Shown: positions 39,157 to 49,914 of the stretch, piece by piece
How the letters are laid out: each line of letters starts with the position of its first letter
Numbering within the stretch: position 1 is the stretch's first letter
NCBI GenBank assembly: GCA_965215015.1
Contig: OZ244042.1
Span: 1,184,001 to 1,248,000 of the forward strand
Source: Candidatus Poribacteria bacterium
Lineage (GTDB): Bacteria > Poribacteria > WGA-4E > PCPOR2b
Direction of reading: 5' to 3'
DNA length: 64,000 nucleotides
The notes under the pieces: generated by a model
Database searches by the model: none
What the model was told of the DNA's origin: nothing
The model's input: only the letters and a program-made list of their open reading frames with translations
Position numbers and translations under genes: made by a program

Positions 39157-39213
39157 AATCTTCGCTATAGATTCCCATCTTTTCGGATGGGAAGAAAACC
39201 GCGCCTCTTTTTG
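39157..39213 (+). repeat. Second copy of the IS200/IS605 left-end-like hairpin seen at 34831-34890
   Basis: AATCTTCGCTATAGATTCCCATCTTTTCGGATGGGAAGAAAACCGCGCCTCTTTTT vs AATCTTCGGGATAGAGCCCCTATCCTTTAGATTGGGGAGGAAATCCCGCCTCTTTTT. Confidence 0.55.
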
Positions 39214-39334
39214 TCTTGTATGTACACACCAACTATTTTATAATAACCCAAAATAGTAGCTTGAATCCAGAGTATACCGATTCAGACAAGCGTTCAACCG
39301 TTCAATGAACCAGCTAACAAGAAGGAATATTCAC

Positions 39335-40180
39335 ATGAACCTCGGTTATAGCACTTGGGGAATGCCAACCGTCCCCATTGATGTAGCAATTCCCCATATC
39401 GCACAACTTGGATTTGATGGGATGGAACTGGCAGTCGGCCCCCGTTTCATCACCGAGCTGAGCACGCTCGACGCCGCCGAACGCAAGCGAATTGCCGGGT
39501 TGTTGAAACTGCACAACTTGGCGTTACCTGCAATCGCCGCACATTCAAGCTTGATGGAAATTGACCCCGAAGCACACGCACAAAATATGTGGAGACTGAA
39601 AGGCGCAGCGGATCTCGGAGTCGAACTCGCTCAAGGAGATAGCCCACCGGCAATCAACACCACATCAGGCGGCCAACCAGAAGAATGGGACACCCAAAAG
39701 CAATTCCTCGCCGAGCGGATTGGCGAACTGGTCAAATATACCCAAACACGCGGCGTAACCGTTGCGATGGAACCCCACATCGGCGGTCTAATCGATACTC
39801 CCGATAAAGTCCTTGAACTCCTCGCCCTCGTCGGTTCCTCCTACCTCAAGGTCAATTTCGACATCAGCCATTTTGACATCATCGGCATACCCACTGAGGA
39901 AAGCGTCGCCGCCTTGGCTCCACATTCCGCGCATACGCATGTCAAAGATCAGCGCGGACTCGCCCCTGATTTTGAATTCCTCATCCCCGGCGAAGGGCCC
40001 TTCGATTACGTGAACTATTTAAAACTGATGCAGCAGCACGGTTACGACGGGTTCATCACCGCAGAGGTCAGTTTTATGGTGCAGGCCCGCGAAGACTATG
40101 ACCCACTCGCAGCAGCAGCCCTCTCTTATGAAACATTATCACGCGCCTTTACTAATGGGGGGATTGATAGGACGAGATAG
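39335..40180 (+). CDS. Sugar phosphate isomerase/epimerase (xylose isomerase-like TIM barrel)
   Basis: GFDGMEL, MEPH, DISH, HVKD, PGEG and GYDG..E motifs. Confidence 0.9.
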   Translation: MNLGYSTWGMPTVPIDVAIPHIAQLGFDGMELAVGPRFITELSTLDAAERKRIAGLLKLHNLALPAIAAHSSLMEIDPEAHAQNMWRLKGAADLGVELAQGDSPPAINTTSGGQPEEWDTQKQFLAERIGELVKYTQTRGVTVAMEPHIGGLIDTPDKVLELLALVGSSYLKVNFDISHFDIIGIPTEESVAALAPHSAHTHVKDQRGLAPDFEFLIPGEGPFDYVNYLKLMQQHGYDGFITAEVSFMVQAREDYDPLAAAALSYETLSRAFTNGGIDRTR

Positions 40181-40392
40181 CCGGTTTCCAGCAGTTTAAT
40201 GTGTTAGCTCATGTTAAGAAATCGTGCACCACCAACCAAGTTTTTGACAAAGACTCGATTTCTCTTAACGTTTTGCCCCTTTTTTTTATAGACCCCCATA
40301 GGTTGGGCTTCCTAGCCCAACTGCACCAATGAACCAATGGTTTTCGCGTTTCACGCTCTTAACCTTCTTTTTACATGAGCCAATGTGCTTCT

Positions 40393-42231
40393 TCAGAGTA
40401 TCTCCTTCACTTTTCGGACGATTGCCCCTGCACTGATACCGTGTGCTTCCAAAAGTTCATCCGCCTTACCGGACCTCGGCAGACCGTTGACAGCGAGTTT
40501 GTGAACCTTAATCCCCTTAGGGGCGACCGCATCTAAAACCGCGTCATTAAGCCCTCCCTCCGGATAGTGCTCTTCAACGGTTACTAGCGTGTTATTAGTA
40601 GCACCGGCTGCGTGAAGAACCGTCTCTGCATCAATCGGCTTGACAGAATAAAGATCGATGACACGGATGGGGATACCGTCCGCTTTCAACGTTTCATACG
40701 CCTTCAACGCCTCGTGAAGTGTGACGCCGGCTGCGATAACCGTTACCTGATCGCTATCGCTCGACCGGAGAACCTTGCTCCCCCCAATTGGGAACGCCTC
40801 GGCATTCGTATAGATTGTCGGCGTCGGCGGACGTGAGGTGCGAATATAGACGATGCCCTGATGTGCCGCAGCTTGCGCGACCAAACGCTCTGTGGCGACA
40901 GCGTCACTCGGATACAGCACAACCGATCCGGGAAGTGCCCGAAACATAGCCAAATCTTCAAGTCCCATCTGGGAAGGACCATCTTCACCGACCGAGACGC
41001 CGCAGTGTGAACCCACATACTTAATATTCGTCTGGGAAATCGCAGACATACGAATGTGATCGCAGGCGCGAGTGAAGAACGCCGCAAAGGTCGAAACAAA
41101 CGGAATCTTACCGCACTTTGCCAGCCCAATCCCCGCACCAACCAGATTCTGCTCGGCGATGAACATTTCAAAATACCGATCGCTATGTTTCTCCATAAAC
41201 TGCTCGGCGTAGGTGGAATTTTTAACATCGCCATCCACCGCCACGACCAGTGGATTCGCATCCCCCAATTTGACAAGTCCAGTACCGTAGCCGCTACGGG
41301 TTGCTGCTGCTTCACCGGGTTCATATTCAGGGGCTGCCATCTCCTTAATCTGTGGTTCAGCGGCAGCCGTTGCGAGGGTTGTTTCAATCTGAAAGCTCCC
41401 GTCTGTACTCAAAGAACCCAGTTCTTTCAGAGCGGCATCCAACGGCTCACCCTTGGGAAGGGCTTTACCATGCCAACCCGCCTTGTTCTCAAGGGAGGAT
41501 ACACCCTTGCCCTTAAAAGTTTTCGCCACAATCATCGTTGGGCGATCTGCTGTGGACTTCGCTTTATCCAGTGCGGATAGAATCTCGTCAAAATTGTGTC
41601 CGTCAATCCCGATTGCCTGCCAACCAAACGCCTCAAACCGCCGACAATAAGAATCAATATCAAACCCGTACATCGTCGGTTCACTCTGACCCATGCCATT
41701 CACGTCAACGATGCCGATCAGGTTGTTGAGCTTGTAGTGCGCCGCAAGCGCAACCGCTTCCCAAACGCTGCCTTCTGCGGCTTCGCCATCTCCCATCAGG
41801 ACGTAAACATGATAATCTAATTGATCCAGATATTTGCCATTGAGTGCCATCCCAACCCCGATTGACAGTCCCTGTCCGAGCGATCCGGTGGCGACATTGA
41901 CCCACTCTAAGCGCGGCGTCGGATGCCCCTCAAGGTCGCTGTCAATTCGGCGGAGCGTTAGCTGATCCTCGACGGGGATGATTCCCACCTCCGCCCATGC
42001 GGCGTAAAGTACCGGCGCAGCGTGTCCTTTAGATAAGATGAAGCGATCATTGTTAGGGTTGTGTGCATCTGTGGGGTCATACCGCATCGTACGAAAAAAG
42101 AGAGCAGAGATAATATCCGCAGCGGACAGACACGTTGTCGGATGCCCGGACCCCGCTTCGGATGTCGATACAATCGAGTGGATGCGTAAGTTGTTGGCTT
42201 TCTGTTTCAGAACATCTGTAGAAGTTGCCAT
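40393..42231 (-). CDS. tkt: Transketolase (compact ~610-aa type)
   Basis: SGHPT, SKGHAAP, GSLGQG, GDGE and GEDGPSQM motifs. Confidence 0.95.
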   Translation of the reverse strand: MATSTDVLKQKANNLRIHSIVSTSEAGSGHPTTCLSAADIISALFFRTMRYDPTDAHNPNNDRFILSKGHAAPVLYAAWAEVGIIPVEDQLTLRRIDSDLEGHPTPRLEWVNVATGSLGQGLSIGVGMALNGKYLDQLDYHVYVLMGDGEAAEGSVWEAVALAAHYKLNNLIGIVDVNGMGQSEPTMYGFDIDSYCRRFEAFGWQAIGIDGHNFDEILSALDKAKSTADRPTMIVAKTFKGKGVSSLENKAGWHGKALPKGEPLDAALKELGSLSTDGSFQIETTLATAAAEPQIKEMAAPEYEPGEAAATRSGYGTGLVKLGDANPLVVAVDGDVKNSTYAEQFMEKHSDRYFEMFIAEQNLVGAGIGLAKCGKIPFVSTFAAFFTRACDHIRMSAISQTNIKYVGSHCGVSVGEDGPSQMGLEDLAMFRALPGSVVLYPSDAVATERLVAQAAAHQGIVYIRTSRPPTPTIYTNAEAFPIGGSKVLRSSDSDQVTVIAAGVTLHEALKAYETLKADGIPIRVIDLYSVKPIDAETVLHAAGATNNTLVTVEEHYPEGGLNDAVLDAVAPKGIKVHKLAVNGLPRSGKADELLEAHGISAGAIVRKVKEIL

Positions 42232-42327
42232 GGTACTCGTAATTCCTTTCTCATCAAAGACCTCCTTGGCTACGGAAACCCACGCCTTCAGGTGGGGGAT
42301 GGAACACTGCTACGGAGATTAGACACA

Positions 42328-43389
42328 TCACCCCATTGCCCGATTCAAAAGGGATTTCACCAAATCCACCAATGTTTCCGCAGCATACAGCACAGCCTCA
42401 CGACTCGCATCATGATTTGCCACCATTCGGACAGTCATCGGTCCGTAAACAGAAACCTTAATATTGTGCTGCAGGGCACGGTCTGCAAAGTCCGCTGCGG
42501 AAATTCCCAACGGCTTCGTATTCACAAAAACCATATTGGAATCCACCTTCTCTGGATGCAGGGCTAATTCGTCAAACTGCGACAACGCTTTAGCGAGCAA
42601 TTTAGCGTTGGCATGATCCTCGCCGAGTCGATCCGACATCTCCGTCAGCGCGACAATCCCGGCCGCAGCAAGCACCCCCGACTGACGCATTGCACCGCCG
42701 AGTCGTTTCCGAGCGCGGCGGGCCTCTTGAATAAAGTCCGCATCCCCAGCGAGCATCGATCCTACTGGAGCGCATAATCCCTTCGAGAGACAGAACATGA
42801 CAGAATCAACGCGGCTTGCGACTGCCCGCACATCAACGCCCAGGGCATGTGCAGCGTTGAAAATCCGGGCACCGTCCAAATGAACCGGCACCCCATATCG
42901 CTGCGCCAGCTCATGAACCGCCCCCATCCGATCCAACGGAATAGCGCGGCCGCCGCGACGGTTGTGCGTGTTCTCCAAACAGATCAGACTCACTTTTGGA
43001 AATTTGGCGGGATCGCGTTGTAGGTAAGCCTCAATCTCATCCAGTGCAGGCACACCATCCGCGCTGTTCATAACAATCGGCATGATTCCCGCTAATGAGG
43101 ACAGATTTCCGTGTTCATAGTAGTAAATATGGCACTCGGCATCCATAATTGCATAATCACCAGCGTGGGTATGGGTCAAAATCGCTGCCGTATTCCCCAT
43201 CGTCCCTGTGGGAACGTACATCGCTGCCGCTTTGCCGATCTTTTCAGCCGCCAACGCTTCCAAACGATGAATCGTTGGATCCTCCCCGTAGCAATCGTCT
43301 CCTACCTCTGCATCCATCATCGCTTCGCGCATCCTAGCGGTCGGTTTCGTTACGGTATCACTTCGCAGATCAATAATTTTCTCCATCAT
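42328..43389 (-). CDS. ltaE: Low-specificity L-threonine aldolase
   Basis: DLRSDTVT, ENTHN, HLDGARIFNA and CLSKGL motifs. Confidence 0.93.
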   Translation of the reverse strand: MMEKIIDLRSDTVTKPTARMREAMMDAEVGDDCYGEDPTIHRLEALAAEKIGKAAAMYVPTGTMGNTAAILTHTHAGDYAIMDAECHIYYYEHGNLSSLAGIMPIVMNSADGVPALDEIEAYLQRDPAKFPKVSLICLENTHNRRGGRAIPLDRMGAVHELAQRYGVPVHLDGARIFNAAHALGVDVRAVASRVDSVMFCLSKGLCAPVGSMLAGDADFIQEARRARKRLGGAMRQSGVLAAAGIVALTEMSDRLGEDHANAKLLAKALSQFDELALHPEKVDSNMVFVNTKPLGISAADFADRALQHNIKVSVYGPMTVRMVANHDASREAVLYAAETLVDLVKSLLNRAMG

Positions 43390-43913
43390 GCGGACTCACT
43401 TTCTTTATGAAGTTCCAACGAGTCGATTCGCCGTCGTGCCGCTGGTGCAAGGTAGTGCCGCTTAAAGCGTCTTGATAACTGCCCAAACGCTTTAACGGCT
43501 TGATCGATTTGGTTCAATTTGACATAAGCCTCCCCAATCCAATACATAGATTTGGCAATAATCTCATTCGTCGATAGTTTCGGCTTAGCTGAATCTTCCG
43601 CCGAATCTGGGGGATTCGGGGGCTGCAATTTTTCATACTCAATCGCGGCTTGAAATTCTGCGATGGCTTCCTCATAGTTTCGATCCTCATAATATGCCTT
43701 GTTAGCCTGATAAAAACTCATATTGTCGCCATGTAGGAACTCCAAATCTGCCCCAAGGGATGCTAATAAGGAAGAGTGATCCTCCTCCATTTCTGCTATA
43801 TCATCCTGTGTAACCTCATCATCTGAGGAAAAGTCATCCTCTGCTTCCACTGTCGTCTCTTCCACTTCTTCTGTATCATCCTGTGTAACCTCATCTTCGG
43901 GTGTCTCAACCAT
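43386..43913 (-). CDS. Acidic N-terminal + TPR (YbgF/BamD-like) protein
   Basis: Duplicated DEVTQDD acidic repeat; TPR helices (MYWIGEAYVKL). Confidence 0.8.
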   Translation of the reverse strand: MVETPEDEVTQDDTEEVEETTVEAEDDFSSDDEVTQDDIAEMEEDHSSLLASLGADLEFLHGDNMSFYQANKAYYEDRNYEEAIAEFQAAIEYEKLQPPNPPDSAEDSAKPKLSTNEIIAKSMYWIGEAYVKLNQIDQAVKAFGQLSRRFKRHYLAPAARRRIDSLELHKESESA

Positions 43914-44329
43914 ATTAAATCTCCTTCGGATATAGTGTATCCACTTAGAAAAATGGGTGGCTTCGCATCATTTCTTATCTTGGCACGAACGTATAGAAAA
44001 ATAGGCTCAAGAAAATTCCTTAATAAATGAACCGGCAATTGATTATAGTATACCAAATAATTAGGCTTTATGGCAAGAACCGCCAGGCAGAAAAAATCGA
44101 CAGATTACTCCATGGCAATGAGAGGCTGCCCCCTAGGAAAGTCGATTGGCACCTCGGCATTTACCTTTACCTCTCACCCCACCTCTGGTATAATTATCAA
44201 AATTCCCTATCTGTTCCGAGAGTTTTCAACCTACACAAATACGGTAGGGGGCATACCCTCCGAATCACGACTCTCTGACCCAATGAACCAAACTTCTTAC
44301 GCATTACATATTACGCATTATTCTCGTCC

Positions 44330-47300
44330 ATGAACACTCAAAACCTACCCAGTGCTGTCAAAAATCAATCACTCTTCTCAAACTACTACCTCGACTCCCT
44401 CATCGTTGGACAACCGCAGTGGGCGGATACGCCCAACATCGCCTCCGATTACGCCGCAATCAAAGCACGCTTCGACGCTGTCGCACCGAATGCCGAATAC
44501 CTCAACGAGGCACAAACCGAACACGAATTCATCCAACCACTACTAGAGCAGCTCGGGCACGTTTTCGAGGTGCAGCCGACACTCCAAACATCACAGGGAA
44601 CCAAAGTTCCCGATTACGCTTTCTTTCTATCAAACGATGCTCACGATACGGCGCAACCTCGCATCAACACCAACCAATTCTTCAAAACCGCCTTCGCTGT
44701 CGGCGACGCCAAAGCGTGGTCACGCAACCTAGATAGAAAGACGCAGGACGGAGGCGACCCGTTTAATAATCAAAATCCAAACTACCAGATTGATTTCTAT
44801 CTGCGAGGCGCGGATAAAGACTGGGGCATCTTGACCAACGGTAGGCAGTGGCGACTTTACCACCGTCAGACCAGTTATCGACTCGATAGTTTCTATGAGG
44901 TAGACCTCGCCGCACTTCTCTCCGAAAACGGAGACTTAGATTCCTTCTGCTACTTCTACTGCCTTTTCCGTCGTGAAGCCTTCACGCTGGGGGGTGATGG
45001 GAAATCGTTCCTTGATACGGTGCTGGAAGGGAGCCAACAGCACACCGTCGGCGTTTCTGACGACCTGAAAAACCGTGTCTACGATGCCCTACGCCGGCTC
45101 ATCGACGGCTTCCTCGATTTCCCACGCAACCGTTTCGACAGAGCCAACCCGCCGCTCGACGAGATCCACACCAACTCCCTGATCTTGCTGTACCGTGTTC
45201 TGTTTATCCTCTACGCTGAAAGTCGGGGATTGCTGCCCGTCGAAAATCCGGGCTACGCCGCCCGTTACAGCCTCGCAGCACTTGCGGAGACTGTCCACGA
45301 AACGTTGGATCGGGGCGATCTAATCATCCCGACAATCAGCGATTATTGGGCGCGGCTGCGCGGGCTATTTACGCTCATCAACGACGGTTGGGATGACCTC
45401 ATCCCCCAATACAACGGTGGACTTTTCAATCCAGCGTACCACCTATTTCTGGAGGAAAACGAGCTCGGCAACAAGGCACTGACACAGGTTATCGAACTCC
45501 TGACACGGACAGAGCACGGCGAGCGCATCGCCTACCGTGACCTTGACGTGCGCCATCTCGGAAACATTTACGAAGGGTTGCTCGAATATCAGCCCCAAAT
45601 CGCTTTTGAAGATTTGGTCATCGTTTCAAAGAAGGGAAATGAAACGGTCGCGCCAAAATCCTCCCCCAAGCAGGAGGTTGCCTATCGAGAAGGAGAAGTC
45701 TACCTGCTGACCGATAAAGGCGACCGGAAGGCGACCGGGAGCTACTACACCCCCGATTACATCGTCCGCTACATCGTCGAAAATACCCTCGCGCCACTCT
45801 GTGAGGGCAAAACCGTTGACGAAATCCTATCGCTCAAAATCCTCGATCCCGCCACCGGGAGCGGCCATTTCCTCGTCGGTGTTGTCGACTATCTCGCCGA
45901 AGAACTGATTACACACCCGGACGCTCCACACATGACCGAAACAGCGAGCGAAGAGACAGAGCTCGCCTATTGGCGGCGGCGCATTGTCGAGTCCTGCGTT
46001 TACGGCGTTGACCTCAACCCGATGGCGGTAGAGTTGGCGAAACTCTCCCTCTGGCTCCACACAGTGGCAAAGGGAGACCCCCTCTCATTTCTCGATCATC
46101 ACATCCGTTGCGGCAATTCCCTGATCGGCGCGAGGATTGAGAACCTATCGCACCTGCCAGAGCTGAAGAAAAGCCGCCGCGAAACGAGCGAAACCCAGAC
46201 AGAATTTCAGATGGCATTCCCCTTCACCGACAGGGTTGCCACGGCCATCGGACACTACCTGCTGATCGAGGAGACCGAGAGTCACACCGCAGACCAGATC
46301 CACGCGAAGGAACACGAATTCGACATCGCCCAACAAATGCTCTGTTTTCACAAAGGTGTGGCGGACCTCTGGACAAGCGTTTACTTCGGAAACGATGTGT
46401 CCCGGTCCACCTACCAACAAGCCTTAAGTACCCTCCGCTCTCAAAACACTGATACCCTTGAAGACCTGCACTCCTATCGTCGGGCGCAGGAGATCGCGAC
46501 GGAGAAGCGGTTCTTCCATTGGGAGATGGAGTTCCCCGAAGTCTTCCGTGACAAGTACGGACGGGAAAAGGACAATCCGGGGTTTGACGCGGTAATAGGG
46601 AATCCGCCATATATTCGCGAATCAGGTAATAAACCCTTGTTTGAGTTCATTCAGAAAGCAGAATCATTTCGCTTACATTATCAAGGTAAGACAGATATTT
46701 ACTTTTATTTTATTATGCAGGGAATCTGGCTGCTAAAATCTAACCAGCTGCTAGGATACATCGTGCCCGCAAATTGGCTAGAGGCAGTATCCAGTCAAAA
46801 ACTCCGTATTTTTCTTCAAAGTGAAGCGAAAGTAAGAAATATCGTAGTTTTTGATGGCTTACCTGTATTTGAAGATGTTAGCGTAGAACCCCTCGTTATG
46901 TTCGCGGAACAGCAGGGGATAGGGCACAAATTGATGTATCAACATCGGACAAACAGACATCAAAAGGCACAAGAGGTGTTGCAAAAAAAAGAAATCATAT
47001 CAGTTCCCAATGATATAATCCATGAGGAAGGTTGGTACTTAAAAAGTTTGCAAGTATTAGGATTAAATTCCATTTGTCAGAAAGTTGAGAGCGAAAGTGT
47101 ACCACTCGGAATGCTGTTTCATGTTGAAGCTGGAATTAACACCGGGGCAGATGCGGTTTCTTCACGGTCGCAAAAATACTGGCCTGATGATGCCAAAACC
47201 GGTGAAGGCATCTTTGTTGTCAATAGAAAGGAAATTAATCGGCTATCTCTTTCACCATCTGAAGCAAAATGTATAAAAAAATACATCCCAGCAGAATGGG

Positions 47301-48301
47301 TTGATCGATATTTTCAGATTGATCGCGATGATCTCTTTTTGATATATCTACAAAGAGATACTGATATATCATCTCTACCAAATATCAAGGTACATTTAAA
47401 TCGGTTTAGGAACATCCTCGAAAATAGAGCTGAAGTTAAACGGAACTCCAAGCGAGAATGGTGGCATCTACTATGGCCGCGAGATCCAAAGGTATATGAT
47501 GCACCTAAAAAGATCGTTATCGCAACTACAACAGCACATAACTCGTTTTATTTAGACAGCAAACAGACTTACTACAATATCGGCTGCACAATCCTTTCTC
47601 CTGCTTTAAATATTGTAATCAATCCTTCATATATACTAGCAGTTTTGAACTCAAAGCTTTTAGATCTTTATTACGGTATTAAAGGTCAAACGCAAGCTAG
47701 AAATCAACGGAAGTATCTCCCAGACAAAGTTCGGAAGATACCCATCCGCCGCATCAACTTCACCACCCCCCCCTACGAGCGCGACCGTCAACTTAAAAAA
47801 GCCAAAATCCTCTACCAACTCTGCCTCAACAAAGGGAGTGTAGACTGTGTTCTTGGCTTCGTGCAGCACCACCTCACTGCCGATCCAGAGCGTGCCGACA
47901 TCGTCCATGACCTGCTCGCCTTCCAGGCGGAGCAGATGGTTGAGATGAACAAAACGAAAGGGGAGGAGATTCGTGGATTTCTGCACTATCTGGAACGGGA
48001 AATCGGGGTCGAAATTGATGCACTCAAAAACAAGACCACGATTCAGGCTTACTTCGATCTATCATTTGACCGGCTGCTCGATATCCTGAAAAAAAACCAT
48101 CGATCCATCCCCGTTGACCTATCAAGCCGAAACCTCCAAGAATCGTTAAAGCGCGAGTTTACAGCTAGCTGCACCAAACTCAACCCCTTACTCACCCGCA
48201 TTCAGAAGACCGACGCACTAATTGATCAGGTAGTCTATCAGCTCTACGGCTTAACCGACGAGGAGATCACCGTCGTAGAAGGCAAAGTTTTTCCCTCGTA
48301 G
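44330..48301 (+). CDS. Type IIG restriction-modification enzyme (REase + N6-adenine MTase + TRD; Eco57I/TaqI-C-like)
   Basis: PDY..DAK nuclease motif, LTNG..WRL, GSYYTP, LDPATGSGHF and GNPPY motifs; C-terminal IDQVVYQLYGLT.EEI. Confidence 0.93.
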   Translation: MNTQNLPSAVKNQSLFSNYYLDSLIVGQPQWADTPNIASDYAAIKARFDAVAPNAEYLNEAQTEHEFIQPLLEQLGHVFEVQPTLQTSQGTKVPDYAFFLSNDAHDTAQPRINTNQFFKTAFAVGDAKAWSRNLDRKTQDGGDPFNNQNPNYQIDFYLRGADKDWGILTNGRQWRLYHRQTSYRLDSFYEVDLAALLSENGDLDSFCYFYCLFRREAFTLGGDGKSFLDTVLEGSQQHTVGVSDDLKNRVYDALRRLIDGFLDFPRNRFDRANPPLDEIHTNSLILLYRVLFILYAESRGLLPVENPGYAARYSLAALAETVHETLDRGDLIIPTISDYWARLRGLFTLINDGWDDLIPQYNGGLFNPAYHLFLEENELGNKALTQVIELLTRTEHGERIAYRDLDVRHLGNIYEGLLEYQPQIAFEDLVIVSKKGNETVAPKSSPKQEVAYREGEVYLLTDKGDRKATGSYYTPDYIVRYIVENTLAPLCEGKTVDEILSLKILDPATGSGHFLVGVVDYLAEELITHPDAPHMTETASEETELAYWRRRIVESCVYGVDLNPMAVELAKLSLWLHTVAKGDPLSFLDHHIRCGNSLIGARIENLSHLPELKKSRRETSETQTEFQMAFPFTDRVATAIGHYLLIEETESHTADQIHAKEHEFDIAQQMLCFHKGVADLWTSVYFGNDVSRSTYQQALSTLRSQNTDTLEDLHSYRRAQEIATEKRFFHWEMEFPEVFRDKYGREKDNPGFDAVIGNPPYIRESGNKPLFEFIQKAESFRLHYQGKTDIYFYFIMQGIWLLKSNQLLGYIVPANWLEAVSSQKLRIFLQSEAKVRNIVVFDGLPVFEDVSVEPLVMFAEQQGIGHKLMYQHRTNRHQKAQEVLQKKEIISVPNDIIHEEGWYLKSLQVLGLNSICQKVESESVPLGMLFHVEAGINTGADAVSSRSQKYWPDDAKTGEGIFVVNRKEINRLSLSPSEAKCIKKYIPAEWVDRYFQIDRDDLFLIYLQRDTDISSLPNIKVHLNRFRNILENRAEVKRNSKREWWHLLWPRDPKVYDAPKKIVIATTTAHNSFYLDSKQTYYNIGCTILSPALNIVINPSYILAVLNSKLLDLYYGIKGQTQARNQRKYLPDKVRKIPIRRINFTTPPYERDRQLKKAKILYQLCLNKGSVDCVLGFVQHHLTADPERADIVHDLLAFQAEQMVEMNKTKGEEIRGFLHYLEREIGVEIDALKNKTTIQAYFDLSFDRLLDILKKNHRSIPVDLSSRNLQESLKREFTASCTKLNPLLTRIQKTDALIDQVVYQLYGLTDEEITVVEGKVFPS

Positions 48302-48414
48302 TCACAGGTTTCCCGACCTGTGATCGGATTGGTTTTCACTACGTTCCACTGCCACCCGTAGGTCGAGATTCACATCTCGACACCGATTTAAACGCACCGA
48401 GACGAAAGGACACA

Positions 48415-49815
48415 GTGAAGAATCAGAAAGCGGACGTAAACAAAGCAAAACTACTACACGGCCCGGTGGGAAAGACACTCATCTCACTAGCGGTCCCGAT
48501 GGCATTCGGAATTGTGGCGATTATTCTATTCACTGTCGTCGATACCTTTTACATCGGGCGATTGGGAACAGAACCGTTGGCGGCGATGGGGTTTACCTTT
48601 CCCATCAGTTACATTGTCATGAGCATCGCAATGGGGCTAAGCGTTGGTACTTCCTCAACCATTGCCAGAGCGATTGGAGAAGGGCATCAACTAAGAGTAC
48701 AACGCCTCGCGACCGATGGATTGGGGCTAGCCTTCCTCATCGTGACTTGCTTCTCCCTCATCGGGTTGACAACCCTAAACACCATCTTCTCCCTGATCGG
48801 AGCGAAAGGGGAGATACTCAAACTCATTTCCGACTACATGATCCCTTGGTGTTTGGGTGTGGGGTTGCTCGTCATTCCGATGGTCGGCAACGGTGCCATC
48901 CGTGCTACAGGGGACACCAAAACGCCCGCAACGATTATGATTATTGCCGGACTGGTGAACATCATTTTAGATCCATTTCTGATTTTCGGCATCGGGCCGT
49001 TTCCGCGATGGGAGTTGCGAGGCGCAGCGGTGGCAACCGTGACTTCTTGGGCGATGGCATTCATCGCATCGTTGTGGATTTTGGGGAAGCGTGAGCGGAT
49101 GATCCGACTGCCGGTGTTCGATCCAAAACATACCTTTGATTCATGGAAACGAATCCTGTTCATCGGTGTTCCGGCGGCGGGGACAAATATGATGGAACCG
49201 CTGTCAATGGCGGTGATTACCCGAATGATCTCCGAATATGGAGAGGAAGCGGTCGCCGCGTTTGGTGTGGGAGGGCGGTTAGAAGCACTGTCACTGATTG
49301 GGATTTGGGCGTTGTCTACCGCAATAACCCCCTTTGTCGGTCAGAATTTTGGCGCGGGCAATTACGACCGGATTCGAGCGACGCTACGGTTTGGCGTGAA
49401 ATTCTCGTTGGTCTGGGGAGGTGTTATATTCACAGGTCTCTACCTCCTCTCCGGTAGCATCGCACCAATTTTTAACGATAACCAAGCGGTGATTGCTTCC
49501 GTCATTCTCTTCTTACAAATTATCCCAATCAGCTATGCGATGTATGGAATCTCTGCGCTGGCCAATTCAATGTTTAACGCCTTGGGCAAGCCGTTGCAAG
49601 CATCGTTGGTCATCACACTACATCTCTTCGTTTTCGTCCTACCGTTGGCTTATCTGGGGTCAAAGGTATACGGATTGAAGGGAATCTTTGTCGGTATCGC
49701 CCTTGGGAATGCAGTGGTCGGGATCATCGCCTATCTGATGGTGCAGAAATTCCTTGCTCGCGTTGAGACAGAGCGCGAATCAGAGGTTACTGATGCGGTC
49801 GAGTCGGTCCAATGA
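48415..49815 (+). CDS. MATE family efflux transporter
   Basis: VDTFYIGRLG, RATGDTKTP, NIILDPFLIFG and GQNFGAG motifs; about 12 TM segments. Confidence 0.95.
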   Translation: MKNQKADVNKAKLLHGPVGKTLISLAVPMAFGIVAIILFTVVDTFYIGRLGTEPLAAMGFTFPISYIVMSIAMGLSVGTSSTIARAIGEGHQLRVQRLATDGLGLAFLIVTCFSLIGLTTLNTIFSLIGAKGEILKLISDYMIPWCLGVGLLVIPMVGNGAIRATGDTKTPATIMIIAGLVNIILDPFLIFGIGPFPRWELRGAAVATVTSWAMAFIASLWILGKRERMIRLPVFDPKHTFDSWKRILFIGVPAAGTNMMEPLSMAVITRMISEYGEEAVAAFGVGGRLEALSLIGIWALSTAITPFVGQNFGAGNYDRIRATLRFGVKFSLVWGGVIFTGLYLLSGSIAPIFNDNQAVIASVILFLQIIPISYAMYGISALANSMFNALGKPLQASLVITLHLFVFVLPLAYLGSKVYGLKGIFVGIALGNAVVGIIAYLMVQKFLARVETERESEVTDAVESVQ

Positions 49816-49914
49816 ACCAATGCCCCAAATACAATTCGTAGGGAACAACGACTGTTGTTCCGTTCCTTCTTACGCATTACATATCACGCATTATTCTTAG
49901 GAGGTTAACCAAAC

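Noticed and set aside
43790-43900. 20-bp direct repeat TCATCCTGTGTAACCTCATC
   Set aside because: An intragenic duplication encoding DEVTQDD in a low-complexity acidic tail; only two copies, not an array
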